NCBI GenBank assembly: GCA_051294375.1
Contig: CM119271.1
Coordinates: forward strand, 1,110,721 to 1,174,720
From: Paraspadella gotoi
Taxonomy: Eukaryota > Animalia > Chaetognatha
Direction: 5' to 3'
Length of the DNA stretch: 64,000 nt
The notes below the pieces were generated by a model. It saw only the letters and a program-made list of their open reading frames with translations, ran no database searches and was not told the DNA's origin. Each line of letters begins with the position of its first letter. Positions within the stretch are counted from its first letter, which is position 1. Shown here one piece after another: positions 49,201 to 58,310 of this stretch. The translations under genes were made by a program, and so were the position numbers.

Positions 49201-52200
49201 CGTTGTTTCCATCGTTCTCGGCGTTCCCGGGATGGTCTCCGGTTGATGACATTGCATTTCAACTTTTCTAATCGTTGCTTGATGGAATGACTCCCCACTG
49301 GCGTTGCCGATGATTGAGTATGTGGGATTGTAAATTAATTTACGACATTTGGCTTCCCCTTTCCCTAAGGGTCGGAGGCGGAAACTTTGTTTGCCTTTTG
49401 CCTGATTTACTTTGCTAGGCGGTGTGTTTGGTCTACTAATTGGTAACTGGTCTTCTCCCGTGTCAGATGTTGAGCCATCGCTTTCGGTGTCGGTTGTGCT
49501 TTTGTTCTCGCCTTTTTTACATAACTTTTCACACACTTTCAATCGTTTGATGAATGCTCTCTTTTCGGTAAGGTCCCAGCTTGGCCAGTGCTTTTTGCTT
49601 TCCTCGATGATCGCTGTGGTAAGAGAGAGTTTGTCTCTTTGGTTAAGGGGTTTATACAGTTTATACAAACGGCTTGCTGCGCTTTTTCCGCTCAGTTTCA
49701 AGGCTGCCTTTGCGCTGTCGGTAATTCTGTCATCTTTACTTAGCGGGTGCCATGTCCTTGACATTGTTTTTATTCTGCTTGCGGCGTCATTTGCTAGCTT
49801 TGCCGCCTTTTCCCTCTCTGGGGAGGTATTTTGGTCTGACTTGTCTCTCACCATGAAATTTATCGAGTACTTTTCAAATTCTTTATTGTTTTCACCATAA
49901 ACACTTTCAAATTCGTCATCTACAACTGCATCTCTACGTTTTGCCTCAAATCTTCCAGGTTTAAAGTTCCTTTCGCGGCGATGTTGCCAGCGATTTTCGC
50001 CTCTATCATCGCGGCGTTCGCGTCTCTCCGGTTCACGGCGTCCTTCGCGGTTTGGTCGGTCAGTCGGTCGCCATTTCCGGTCATCGACTTTCTTTGTGAG
50101 CATGGCGATATTTTTCGCCATCTTCTCTAGGAGTTCCCGCGAATTGTTGGTTTCCTGAAGCATGGTGCCTTGGTACAGGGCGTTTGCGCTGTCTGCTGGA
50201 TTTTTGTCCGACAGGCCCTTCTTTAACAGGGAATCCGTTAGGATCTGTCTGTCTTCATCCTTAACCGAGTTGATGAAACGGCGCGTATTCGCTTGTTGGT
50301 CGTTTGCTTCCAGCCATCCCCGCAGGATCCATTCAATCTTTTTTCCGAGTTGTTTGCGTCTTCCGTCCTCTAACAACTCTCTGAATTCCAGGATATCCTT
50401 GGTTATACCTGGGGCATACGGTGTGAGAGCTTTTGAACAAGCCTGGCGGTGAGTCTCGGACTGATGCTTGGTCCTCCTGGGCGACGCATGCGAATTGCCT
50501 GAAAACCGAGTTTACAAGCGCGAGTCCATATTTGGAGTGTACTCTCGTTTTATTTCCACTTGCACTGATTCGGCGATTTCAGCTGCGCTGATTGACGTCG
50601 ATTCGTAGAGGTCTTTGAGTCCAAGCCATAGACTGCTCTGATCGGGTCAATGAAGTAACTCGCCTCGTTGTCACGTGACAATAGGACCTTGAGTTGTTCG
50701 TCGATTGTGCGTTCGTCGTGCGTGCATCCTCTGAGTGATTGATAGATGTTTCTCAGAAAATCCTGTGGTTCTTCGTCATCGCGTCTTCGTTCGATTTTTA
50801 GGCATGAGGACGGCGTCGCTGGATGTGCGGTTGACGTATCCACATTTGCGCCTCCGTCGGCGTCTTTCCTCGTGTCCACGTTGGGTGCTGGACGTAGTAG
50901 GCCATTCGCTGTAGCCTGGTAAATAATCCTCTTGGTGACGGCGTCCTGGCCCGGGAGCGTCGGGCCTTTGCATTTCCGTTACGAGGGTTTCGACGTTCGA
51001 CGTTAGCAGTTGCAGCTTTGTGTTCAGAGCGGCCATTTCTTCGGTGAGTTGTCTGGTCGCTAGCGCTTGTTGTTTCCGTTGGTTTAGTGCTATTGTTTTA
51101 TTTTCGTTTATTAGGTGTAGCACTTCACCGAAGGCCGTTCCGACGTTTTTTCGTTAAAGTAATCTCTATCGCCTTGCGCCACTTTACTCAGGGTTTCGTT
51201 GACCGTGAGGAGGTGCGGGAGGTTTCTTCGGGTGTCCTCCCTGCGGCGCCGGCTTCGGCGTCGGCTTCGTCGTCGATGCGGATGTGTCCTAGGCTCTGAG
51301 CAACGGCGTCGATGTCTTCGTTTGGGTCTATGGGGTTTGGTGCTCCTGCAATGTGGTAACCCCTTCCGGTTCGAAGTGCTTGCCGTTGATGATCTTTTTT
51401 GGAAGCGATGGAGGGAATGACGGCGCCGTGGGCGTCGCCTTTCCTGCCTCGGCGATTTTTTCGCGACTCGTCGACTTTGCGAATTTCGTGAGGCGGTCCA
51501 TGTTTCTTTATTTCGATCTAATTGGGCAGAGTTCGAAATTTCGAAGGAATTTGATTTTGATTTTTTTTGTTTGTTTCTCTCTATTGTCTTGTATTTTCTT
51601 CTTTCAGTTTACGTTCTCCACGTCGTTTTCGTGAGTAAGAAATTTTAGATTTCGTATTGGTAGCGATTAAGTCTCTTCGGGGGCGTAGGTGTCGGATCCC
51701 GTCGTTGACACCACGTGAACGAAAGTGAATAAATTAAATAGTAATTGAAACGAAATGTGTAATTACAATATTTACTTTTATTAGGCAGAGAACAGAGTTT
51801 CTAAAAGACAGTTTAAGACAATATGTCTGATCTTTGATCGACGTGAGAGAGAATGATTCTTCACTCCAACTTCTACTTCTGCATCCTTTAGTATTCCATT
51901 TTATCCCTTCACTATGAACCCTCACTCATTGTTTATTGGTTCTTCCTTCAGCTCATGGCCATATACAAGTTTCTCATTGGTTGTTAGTTTTTAGTGAGGC
52001 CATTGAGCTTTGGGTAGGTTCCTTTCATGGTGAGGTCCTTTGTTTCACTCTGCGGCTTCGCCGCTGCTCCTGCGTCCGCTGGAAGGAGGAGTGAGAGGGG
52101 GATGCAGCCGCCTGCTGCATTTGGTTACTATCGTTGATGACATTAAAAAACATTTAATATAAACTAAAATAGATATAACAATATTACGTAATTCGAGAAA

Positions 52201-55200
52201 CATATTATTATTTTAGGCAAATACAAATATATAGATGCTTAAAACTGTATTAATTATTTTTTTTTAATTGCAGGGTGATCCTGGTCTTCCTGGAAGAGAT
52301 GGAATTCCCTGGTCAACCAGGTAGCGATGGCCCAGCCGGACTCAAAAGGTGAACCTGGCAGAGGAATTCCTGGACAGAAGGAGACCGAGGACCTGCTGGC
52401 TTGCCAGGTATATTAATTAAACATACTTTAATTCATTTAAGCAAACTGATTAATGTCCGATTTTTTTCTTTTTTTCAGCTCCTGCCGGTTTGAAGGGTGA
52501 ACCCGGACCGGAGAGGATACCCAGGACTTCTGGTCCGTCAGGTGACAGAGGAGTTGACTGGACGAGGCGAGTCAAGGACCTAGGGAGACGTGGACGATCT
52601 GGATTCCCCGAGTCAACCCGGGAAAGATGGACTGCCGGGGACACAGACAGATGGCTTGTCTGGATTGCAGGACAAAAGGGAGATTCGGAATACCGGAAAA
52701 GACGGCGCCTGGTGGAGATTGCTTGCCTGGAGCTGATGGCATTCCCGGAATCCCAGGACCGAAGGAGAACGGGCGTCTTCTGGATTTCCTGGCAGAAAGG
52801 GGAGAAGGTGGCTTGCCGGGTAAATTAAGTTAATTATACCTGATCAATTACATTTGAATTATTAAATAATTCTTGACTTGGATTTTCTGATTTCCTAATA
52901 ATTAATTTATAATATTCAAAATGTTTGTTGTGTTTAAGGATTGCCTGGACAGGATGGGATATCAGGAATTCCTGGACCGAGTGGACAAAAAGGAAAGGAC
53001 TGTACCGGAGAAGGAAAGCAGGGAGACAGAGGAAGACGGTCTGGATGGAATTCCAGGACCTAAGGTAATGTCGTATTAGCAGATTAGTCTTTGCATATTT
53101 TTTTTAAAAAATTTAAAATACATGTGGACTTTTAGAATTTTTTAGAATTTTAATTTTTAAAAAACTTATAAAAACTTCAAAGCTTATTTAAAATCTCTAC
53201 TTCAAAATTAATAGTTTTTTCCTATCAAATATGATTTCAAGAATAACTACTGAAATAACTACTCAATAACTACTCTATATTCACGTACTCTTCAATTATT
53301 TATGAGCCTGGATCTCTAAGCTTTTTTACCATCCTATCATTTTTCTATTTTAGGGAGAGAGAGGCTTCCCTGGGTTCCTCAGGAAACGATGGTCTATCAG
53401 GAAAAGACGGACTCCCTGGAGAGCCTGGAAGTGATGGCAGAAACGGTGCTAAGGGAGATGCCGGCCGTCCAGGTTCGCCCGGAACTCCGGGAGCAAAAAG
53501 GAGATCCTGGGTTAGGAGGAATACCTGGTCCAAAGGGTGACTCTGGTTTACCTGGACCACGAGGTATGTGATTTTGAGCTTCAGATTATTTTTTTTTGTT
53601 ACAGGCAGAAAACTATTTGAAAATTTTTTTTAATTATATGTCAGGTCAAAGGAGAAATGGGAGTCATGGGATTTCTGGTGAACCTGGACGACCTGGACGA
53701 GATGGTTTCCCTGGAGGCCGAGGTTCCAAAGGAGATGCCGGTCAAGATGGTCTTTCTGGAGGACGCAGGATTACCTGGCTTGCCAGGAACAAAGGGCAAT
53801 TCGGGTACAATTCAGTTCAATCAGCTTAGGGCAAAAACATTTCTTAATAAAATTAATGCTTGCATATTTTTTTTTAGATTACCTGGATTGCCTGGAGAGG
53901 ATGGATTGCCAGGGAAAGACGGGTTACCTGGAAAAGATGGTCTCCCTGGTCCATCTGGGTTGCCTGGCCAAAAAGGAGACGGAGACGTCCCGGTTTGGAC
54001 GGCTTGCCCGGTGTACCAGGTGCAAAGGGAGACCCTGGCTACGGCCAGCCAGGTGACACTGGCCCAAAAGGCGATTCGGGCAGAGATGGCTCGCCCGGTC
54101 CTCTCGGCCCTCCAGGATTATCTGGAAAAGATGGTCTCCCAGGATTAGATGGCGCCAAAGGCGACTCAGGTCTGCCTGGATTGCCTGGTCAAAAGGGAGA
54201 ATCTGGCCTGCCTGGCTGCCTGGAGTTAAAGGTGAGTTGATAGATTAGAAATTGTGGCTCTCTTTTCTCTGAAAGCCCGGTTTCTGTTCCTGTATTTCTG
54301 AATCTAATTTTAATTCTAGAATTTAACTTTAATCTATTCCCAAACCTAGAACCCAATCTCTAAACATAATCCCTCACCTGATCCTTAACCATAACCTAAT
54401 CTTTAAACCTAAAAAACTTATTCCAAATTTAAGGTGCTTTGGGAAAATAAGGCCGATATGGATTGATGATTGATTTTGATAAATTAATCAACAAATTAAT
54501 CTGTTTTAGGTGATCCCGGTAGAGACGGTCTCAACGGTTGTGCCCGGCCCTAAGGGCGACTCAGCGCCGTCCAGGAAACCAATGTCGAAATGGAGAGTCC
54601 GGCCTTCCTGGAGTCAAGGGCGAGGCTGGGTTGCCAGGTCTACCAGGTTTGAAAGGAGACCGTGGTTTTGACGGGCAACCCGGTCTGTCGGGCAAAGACG
54701 GCTTACCCGGAGATAACGGACTCAAGGGTGACGCGGGAAAATGTATCAAGGAAGGTTGTCCCAACTGCGCGCCTGGAGAAAGGGGTTCCAGGTACATTGG
54801 AAATCAGGGATGGATAAGCAGAATTGAGAAAATCAGTTAAATAATCATTCTTAAACATATCTCTAATGTTTGAATTTTTAACTTTTATTTCCTAGTTATC
54901 TTTATGGTAGAGATTGAAAGATTTAAATTTTAATTTAAATCAAGTTTAATTTTTAATTTCAGAGGAGATCCAGGACCGCCTGGAAAGGATGGTGATATAT
55001 GTTTGGATGGACAAAGGGAAGATACAGGTAAGATATTTGATTGATTAGTAATTATAAGGTCTTATATCATTTAAGTTTTTTTTTTTTTTTAAATTTTCAC
55101 AATGTGAAACTAGAAGCAAAACAATTTTTTTGACTGATACTTTAACATAAAAGAATTATACTCACTATGCTTGTGATGAAGTTTGATTAAATTGATGAAG

Positions 55201-56579
55201 GTAGATTAAATTCTTATTAATTTTTCATATTGTATAAAAAACATACTTTTCTAATTGTTTTCATTTTTTTCTCCAAGGTCTCCCTGGTCTCCCCGGCCGC
55301 GACGCCCTCAAAGGACAACCGGGCGAAAAGGGCGATCGAGGATTCCCGGGTGACAATGGCCGAGATGGCCCTCCTGGACCCAAAGGCAACTCTGGTCTGC
55401 CGGGAACCAGCGGACCCAAGGGTGAATCCGGTCTGCCGGGCATACCCGGCAGAAAGGGCGAGCCAGGTTTGCCAGGAAGGGACGGACTGCCGGGCAACGA
55501 CGGACTGCCGGGACCCTCGGGTCCTAATGGCCCATCGGGAGACCCAGGTCCGTCGGGATTGGATGGACCTCCCGGAAGGCCGGGGCCATCTGGACCCAAA
55601 GGAGACGACGGATTCCCGGGTCAACCGGGCAAGGACGGCCTACCGGGAACTCCTGGAGTGAAGGGAGAATCTGGAGTGCCGGGACTTCCCGGACAAGACG
55701 GGCTGCCCGGTTCGAAGGGAGAGAGAGGCTTAGATGGAATTCCTGGAGCCCCAGGACCTGAAGGTAAAAAGATTTCACTTTAGAAAAGTAATATCGATAT
55801 CTTTTCAAATTTTGAAACTTAAAATTGTAAATTCAGTTTAATTTAATAATTTTGTATTTTTTTCAAAATTGATGCAGGCGCGCCCGGTTTGCCTGGTGAA
55901 GCCGGAGGTAAAGGCGATCCTGGAATAACGCCTGTCTGTCCATCGGGAGAAAGGGGAGAGAAGGGAACTCCAGGACGATCGGGACGCGATGGTGAGATTC
56001 GGAGATTTGTTTGTTTTTTTTTGTTTATTATTGTTTATTATTTGTTATATATATATATTTGTTTAGTTTGATTTTTATTTGTTTGGTTTTTCTTTTGTTA
56101 GTTTTTTATTTATTTATTTGTTTGTTTATAATATGAGCTTTTATATCATCATTCTTAATTAATTCTTTCTCTCACTCAATCTTTCTCTCTCTCTCCCCCT
56201 CCATCCCTCCCTCCCTTTCTCTCTCTCCCTCCTTCCCTCACTTACATTCATTTTAACAGGCGAACCAGGCTTTTCCGGTCCTTCCGGACCCAAGGGCGAA
56301 TCAGGCTTGCCAGGCCCGCCCGGATTCCCTGGTCAGGACGGCAGGCCGGGTGAACCGGGGCCCTCAGGCCGCGACGGACTGGACGGGCCAGAGGGCAAGA
56401 CGGGTCCTCCTGGCCTCAAAGGCGAGGGCTGCGTTTCGGGCGGCACGGGTTTCCTACTCGTCAGGCACAGCCAGTCGGATCAGGTGCCAGCCTGCCCCAA
56501 TAACTACGCCAAGATGTGGGACGGATACAGTTTGCTGTACATGGAAGGAAACGAGCGGGCGCACGGACAAGATCTTGGT

Positions 56580-56632
<53 letters not shown>

Positions 56633-58101
56633 CCCAATCTCATCCCTTCCATTCCAAACTCCAGGCTACGCGGGGTCCTGTCTGAAACGTTTCAGCACGA
56701 TGCCTTTCGTATTCTGCAATTTCAACAACGTCTGCAATTATGCGAGTCGCAACGACAAATCTTATTGGCTCTCGACGACAGCACCCATTCCAATGATGCC
56801 TGTTTCAGAGTCTAGCATCAGGCAGTACATCTCAAGGTGAAGAGGGAATTTGATTGATTTATTGATTGATTAATTTATTTAATGATTGATTGATGTGAGT
56901 TCGTAAGAGCGTTTGCAATGATTTCGTGGGAGTGCGTGATTGATAGATACATTGATTATGATATTAAAAATTATCTTTATCTAAACCTTAAGAATATATT
57001 TTAATACATTTCTCTCTTTTAATTCGTCTCATCCTCACCAATTAACTTTCCCTGACCTACGTCTTTCTTCCCCCCAGATGCGTCGTCTGCGAAGTTCCGT
57101 CCAACGTCATCGCTGTTCACAGTCAAAGCGTCACTGTTCCCAATTGTCCACGTGGATGGACTTCGTTGTGGATCGGATACAGTTTCGCGATGGTACAACG
57201 TGGTTGACTGGTGTCGTTTGGTTGTTGTTGTTATTCTTTTGCGTCGGACATTCATTTTTATTGTTGTCGCTGTTGTTAGTGTCAATTTCGAGATTACGAG
57301 AATTCGTCTTCTGCTCCTGCAGTTGCTCTTGTTGTTACTATACCTGTTGTGGGAATTGCTGCTGTAGTTTGTTGTATGTTGTAAGTCCGTCGTCGTCATT
57401 ATTTTCCCGCCACAAACGTTTTCGTGTTACGCATTCATTAATTTTATTTTGTAAACATAAACCAACATGACATTCCCCTTGTACCTATTCTTCTCGCTCA
57501 CCGCCTGACCTCATCCCCGCCCTCCTTACCCGCTCTTCCTCTCCGCAGCACACGGCGGCGGGCGCCGAGGGCGGTGGTCAATCCCTCTCCTCGCCCGGCT
57601 CGTGTCTCGAAGACTTCCGGGCCACGCCCTTCATAGAGTGCAACGGCGCCAGAGGGACGTGTCACTATTTCGCCAACAAATATTCCTTCTGGTTGACGAC
57701 CATCGAAGAGAGAGATCAATTCCAGTGAGATTACATTTTTCATGTTTTTATTATTTCATTTTATTTTATATCATGTTTAATTTTCGCTTTAAAGTTTTGT
57801 TTTTTACTTGTTATTTTCTTTTACTTTGTTCTGATTTTATTTCGACTTATGTTTCATTTTGATTTATTTTATTTTGGCTTAAGTTTATATTTTATTTTTC
57901 ATTTTATTTTTTTTTATTATTTTATATTTTATGTTTTTTTTATGTTTTATGTTTTATTTTTGTGTTATTTTGTTTCCTATCTATTACATGATTCAATTCT
58001 CTCTCTCCCCCCGAAGGAACCCCACCCCCGAGACCCTAAAGGCCGGAAGTCTCCGGACGCGAGTCTCCAGGTGCCAGGTCTGCATTCGCGGAGGACGATA
58101 A
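11244..58101 (+). CDS. COL4A2: Collagen type IV alpha-2-like chain, whole spliced gene (about 33 coding exons; signal-peptide exon not identified)
   Basis: GT-AG exons with consistent phases encode the 7S motif [19 protein letters not shown], the GCNGT glycosylation site, interrupted Gly-X-Y repeats and a complete NC1. NC1 segments [64 protein letters not shown] and TLKAG are alpha-2-class. The 5' boundary is tentative. Confidence 0.95.
12260..12295 (+). CDS. Putative 36-bp collagen IV exon ([11 protein letters not shown]), phase 2-2
   Basis: ctttgttag acceptor and AG|GTAAGT donor. Keeps frame between 11320 and 13084. Confidence 0.45.
13084..14052 (+). CDS. 969-bp exon encoding a 323-aa charged low-complexity N-terminal extension of the collagen IV chain
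   Basis: Stop-free frame, a 5' extension of ORF 13577..14056: [18 protein letters not shown]...GGIDAGQ. AAG acceptor at 13081-83. The AG|GTAACG donor is phase 2, matching the phase-2 start of the 7S exon. Confidence 0.75.
15040..15418 (+). mobile_element. Dispersed repeat with a (GGTC)n tract, DINE-1/HINE-like; related pieces at 18106-18200, 30980-31260 (inverted) and 39752-39785
   Basis: Shared cgcggagcaactctataag head, GTCG/GTCC microsatellite and gaaaataaagtc..ggcgcaacacatt tail. Family assignment is inference. Confidence 0.45.
16684..16858 (+). CDS. COL4A2: Collagen IV exon: Gly-rich linker plus start of 7S domain
   Basis: [14 protein letters not shown]...[23 protein letters not shown] resembles the alpha-2(IV) CGGRDC..GCxC.EKG motif. 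CAG acceptor, GTAAGG donor. Confidence 0.9.
20742..20804 (+). CDS. COL4A2: Collagen IV 7S exon [21 protein letters not shown]
   Basis: 63-bp phase-0 exon with the conserved GCNGT Cys/N-glycosylation motif. Confidence 0.93.
21539..21691 (+). CDS. COL4A2: Collagen IV exon GEPGRPG...GRDGPP
   Basis: 153-bp phase-0 Gly-X-Y exon with one interruption. TAAG acceptor, GTGAGT donor. Confidence 0.92.
21892..22140. repeat. (AACG)n microsatellite; inverted copy at 27013-27134
   Basis: Directly visible. Confidence 0.9.
25235..25296 (-). CDS. Collagen IV exon (approx. [21 protein letters not shown]) present only in inverted orientation
   Basis: Minus-strand aataag acceptor and GTGAGT donor. Gly-X-Y with small indel/substitution errors. 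Lies in the misoriented block. Confidence 0.7.
28943..29336 (-). CDS. Inverted, error-containing copies of two 7S exons (29215-29336 and 28943-28986) whose forward copies fall in N-gap 19138-20071
   Basis: Minus-strand CAG...GTGAGT exons reading [24 protein letters not shown] and GKMGGP..F..IN, with frameshifts. Flanks match both sides of the gap. Confidence 0.75.
33347..33589 (+). CDS. COL4A2: Collagen IV cassette exon A (243 bp)
   Basis: [21 protein letters not shown]...[17 protein letters not shown]...GLA. Phase 0-0, GTAAGT donor. Confidence 0.92.
34337..34582 (+). CDS. COL4A2: Collagen IV cassette exon B (246 bp)
   Basis: [21 protein letters not shown]...[18 protein letters not shown]...GLD. 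Phase 0-0. Confidence 0.92.
35812..36054 (+). CDS. COL4A2: Collagen IV cassette exon C (243 bp)
   Basis: [21 protein letters not shown]...[17 protein letters not shown]...GSP. Phase 0-0. Confidence 0.92.
36300..36545 (+). CDS. COL4A2: Collagen IV cassette exon D (246 bp)
   Basis: [21 protein letters not shown]...[18 protein letters not shown]...GIP. Phase 0-0. Confidence 0.92.
36750..36995 (+). CDS. COL4A2: Collagen IV cassette exon E (246 bp)
   Basis: [21 protein letters not shown]...[21 protein letters not shown]...GIA. Phase 0-0. Confidence 0.92.
37784..40473 (+). CDS. COL4A2: Seven triple-helix exons: 37784-37846, 38052-38096, 38205-38439, 38751-38954, 39417-39593, 39874-40052, 40279-40473
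   Basis: Continuous Gly-X-Y frame across GT-AG junctions with matching phases. Includes the [10 protein letters not shown] interruption. Confidence 0.93.
40644..43367 (+). CDS. COL4A2: Eight triple-helix exons (intact copy): 40644-40776, 40846-41196, 41309-41436, 41693-41900, 41981-42142, 42216-42572, 42851-43130, 43303-43367
   Basis: Open Gly-X-Y frame with consistent phases. The last exon ends in phase 1 and joins 55278. Confidence 0.93.
43609..43855 (-). CDS. Start of a third ORF: signal peptide plus env-like glycoprotein N-terminus (frameshifted, truncated by gap)
   Basis: [17 protein letters not shown]|[19 protein letters not shown]..(shift)ALDEERCE..(shift)[22 protein letters not shown]. 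Lies 3' of integrase on the same strand. Confidence 0.6.
44300..45490 (-). CDS. Integrase (frameshifted)
   Basis: HHCC zinc motif [14 protein letters not shown]. Catalytic D (LCIDVM), D (NFDGA) and E (NRAERDI, next frame). [16 protein letters not shown]. Confidence 0.9.
46576..50376 (-). CDS. pol: Gag C-terminus / aspartic protease / reverse transcriptase / RNase H polyprotein
   Basis: Protease [40 protein letters not shown]. RNase [25 protein letters not shown]. Confidence 0.95.
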   Translation of the reverse strand: MLEDGRRKQLGKKIEWILRGWLEANDQQANTRRFINSVKDEDRQILTDSLLKKGLSDKNPADSANALYQGTMLQETNNSRELLEKMAKNIAMLTKKVDDRKWRPTDRPNREGRREPERRERRDDRGENRWQHRRERNFKPGRFEAKRRDAVVDDEFESVYGENNKEFEKYSINFMVRDKSDQNTSPEREKAAKLANDAASRIKTMSRTWHPLSKDDRITDSAKAALKLSGKSAASRLYKLYKPLNQRDKLSLTTAIIEESKKHWPSWDLTEKRAFIKRLKVCEKLCKKGENKSTTDTESDGSTSDTGEDQLPISRPNTPPSKVNQAKGKQSFRLRPLGKGEAKCRKLIYNPTYSIIGNASGESFHQATIRKVEMQCHQPETIPGTPRTMETTKDEKPPPPLPYGPNTQRTETTLSPPQPRDDTERSICFSRNSYIPAVVNGAPASCLYDTGASXXXXPQKFIDEWSLTSKVYTGPPLRVTTGNGTITIRERINLRVMFQNWLLDTVFFVSPDRDDKDVIIGTATTDPGPPSEMWIVSPAEQKDLQVARMDGRPITHLFKDKQAALKAARWLAHRCIDEKTIIPLFAERNETSNLTVRAARTYWKSLADAKWLIESKDGEVACSISGEDLKQGIELPGKPGEWGTARLIVTEEAKTDLQLEPECTARPVQADLTGDRPKLRRARKENIPPTKIIKHKPSADELKAAECAREKRRQKHDKRGKQEFLRPFKEVDPAFIDKADMVWETVWEFRDVFGESISDCKEGFLNYKVDLGYTTEDLPKPRFVNQGPVKKAALKRYLEVYEEAGVVSRTSGEAYSNAFLIKKPNHIAHGQEQMDDETFAKQWRLICDLSAVNDNISTFATEPQTIASILEEYRPHELQCSVDILACFHQVNLTERCKPVTAFAGAGHNWHMNKLPMGGVNSVNVLQAILDEIFADLGRDVKSFLIYVDDLILTAKTPEEMADRLREFLEICRRENVVLKWTKSVLLRKDDIKILGFSISQDKLRPQKEKLDEAEVKLKEVKTQKDLRALLASLNYYRCFTHRFSYLAQPLHALTLVDKANFRFEEKHKQALETLIEEIKTTPGLNFLNDAKIRNGEYKIYADASTSAMGGLITASANGIEYPLCFHSKSFPEEYRIKHINILETLAFNMMVRKFKGYTCGRRVTLVTDSQYFKRIMDLQHDKQQLLPTNVLRWITEIKQECHPSEVILVKSEDNPADFLTRFTDQGQITPLDTPFLTAGFDMEGSYERGYTEDQSVGKLGPATSS
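50377..51501 (-). CDS. gag: N-terminal gag-like region, broken by frameshifts
   Basis: ATG at 51501 ([10 protein letters not shown]..). Overlapping ORF pieces 50776-51123 (coiled-coil-like) and 50550-50879 lead into the long ORF. Assigned mainly by position. Confidence 0.55.
51696..51713 (-). promoter_or_regulatory. Primer-binding site TGGTGTCAACGACGGGAT (tRNA-Leu-like)
   Basis: 18 nt starting TGG next to the LTR. The TGGTGTCA....GGGAT pattern resembles the complement of tRNA-Leu 3' ends, with an imperfect middle. Confidence 0.7.
51716..52142 (-). repeat. 5' LTR (about 427 bp, TG...CA)
   Basis: Minus strand begins TGTCA at 52142, exactly where host intron sequence resumes, and ends GTTCA 2 bp before the PBS. 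Contains CCAAT and AATAAA motifs. The second LTR is not in the window. Confidence 0.75.
52143..55169 (+). repeat. Direct duplicate of 40516-43508 (eight collagen exons plus introns) with many indels; probable second haplotype
   Basis: Near-identical introns and exons. Frameshifts are densest near the LTR. The first copy ends exactly at a 100-N gap. Confidence 0.9.
55278..55991 (+). CDS. COL4A2: Two triple-helix exons: 55278-55763 and 55878-55991
   Basis: 486-bp and 114-bp phase 1-1 Gly-X-Y exons. Confidence 0.93.
56260..58101 (+). CDS. COL4A2: End of helix and NC1 domain exons: 56260-56577, 56665-56836, 57078-57192, 57549-57724, 58017-58101 (stop TAA)
   Basis: [56 protein letters not shown]. 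Two C4 repeats with 12 Cys. The SRND motif and the sulfilimine-forming Met (PMMP) and Lys (TLKAG) are retained. Confidence 0.97.
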
Positions 58102-58304
58102 AAGAATCCGGCGCCAGGCGCTGCCACGCCCAGTTTACGACGCCGGGCGCTGCAACACCGATCCTCGCGGCGAGAATAACCAACGCCAAGACCGTAAAAA
58201 TCCCATCCATTTAAATATGAATTCCCCGTTCTGTATAAATCGATTTCTGAATGAATGTAGACGCTAAATTATTTGTTTGTATACATACGATCGATCCGTA
58301 AATT

Positions 58305-58310
58305 AATAAA
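58305..58310 (+). terminator. Candidate polyadenylation signal AATAAA of the collagen IV gene
   Basis: First AATAAA about 200 bp after the stop. A second occurs near 58339. Confidence 0.5.

Larger units (their letters stand above)
43609..52142 (-). mobile_element. Ty3/Gypsy LTR retroelement, antisense in a collagen intron, 3' part lost in a 100-N gap
   Basis: 5' LTR, PBS, gag-like region, domain order PR-RT-RNaseH-IN, and the start of a third ORF. Confidence 0.93.

Noticed and set aside
48095-49900. Plus-strand ORFs of 289 and 162 aa
   Set aside because: Antisense shadows of the pol frame with no recognisable motifs.
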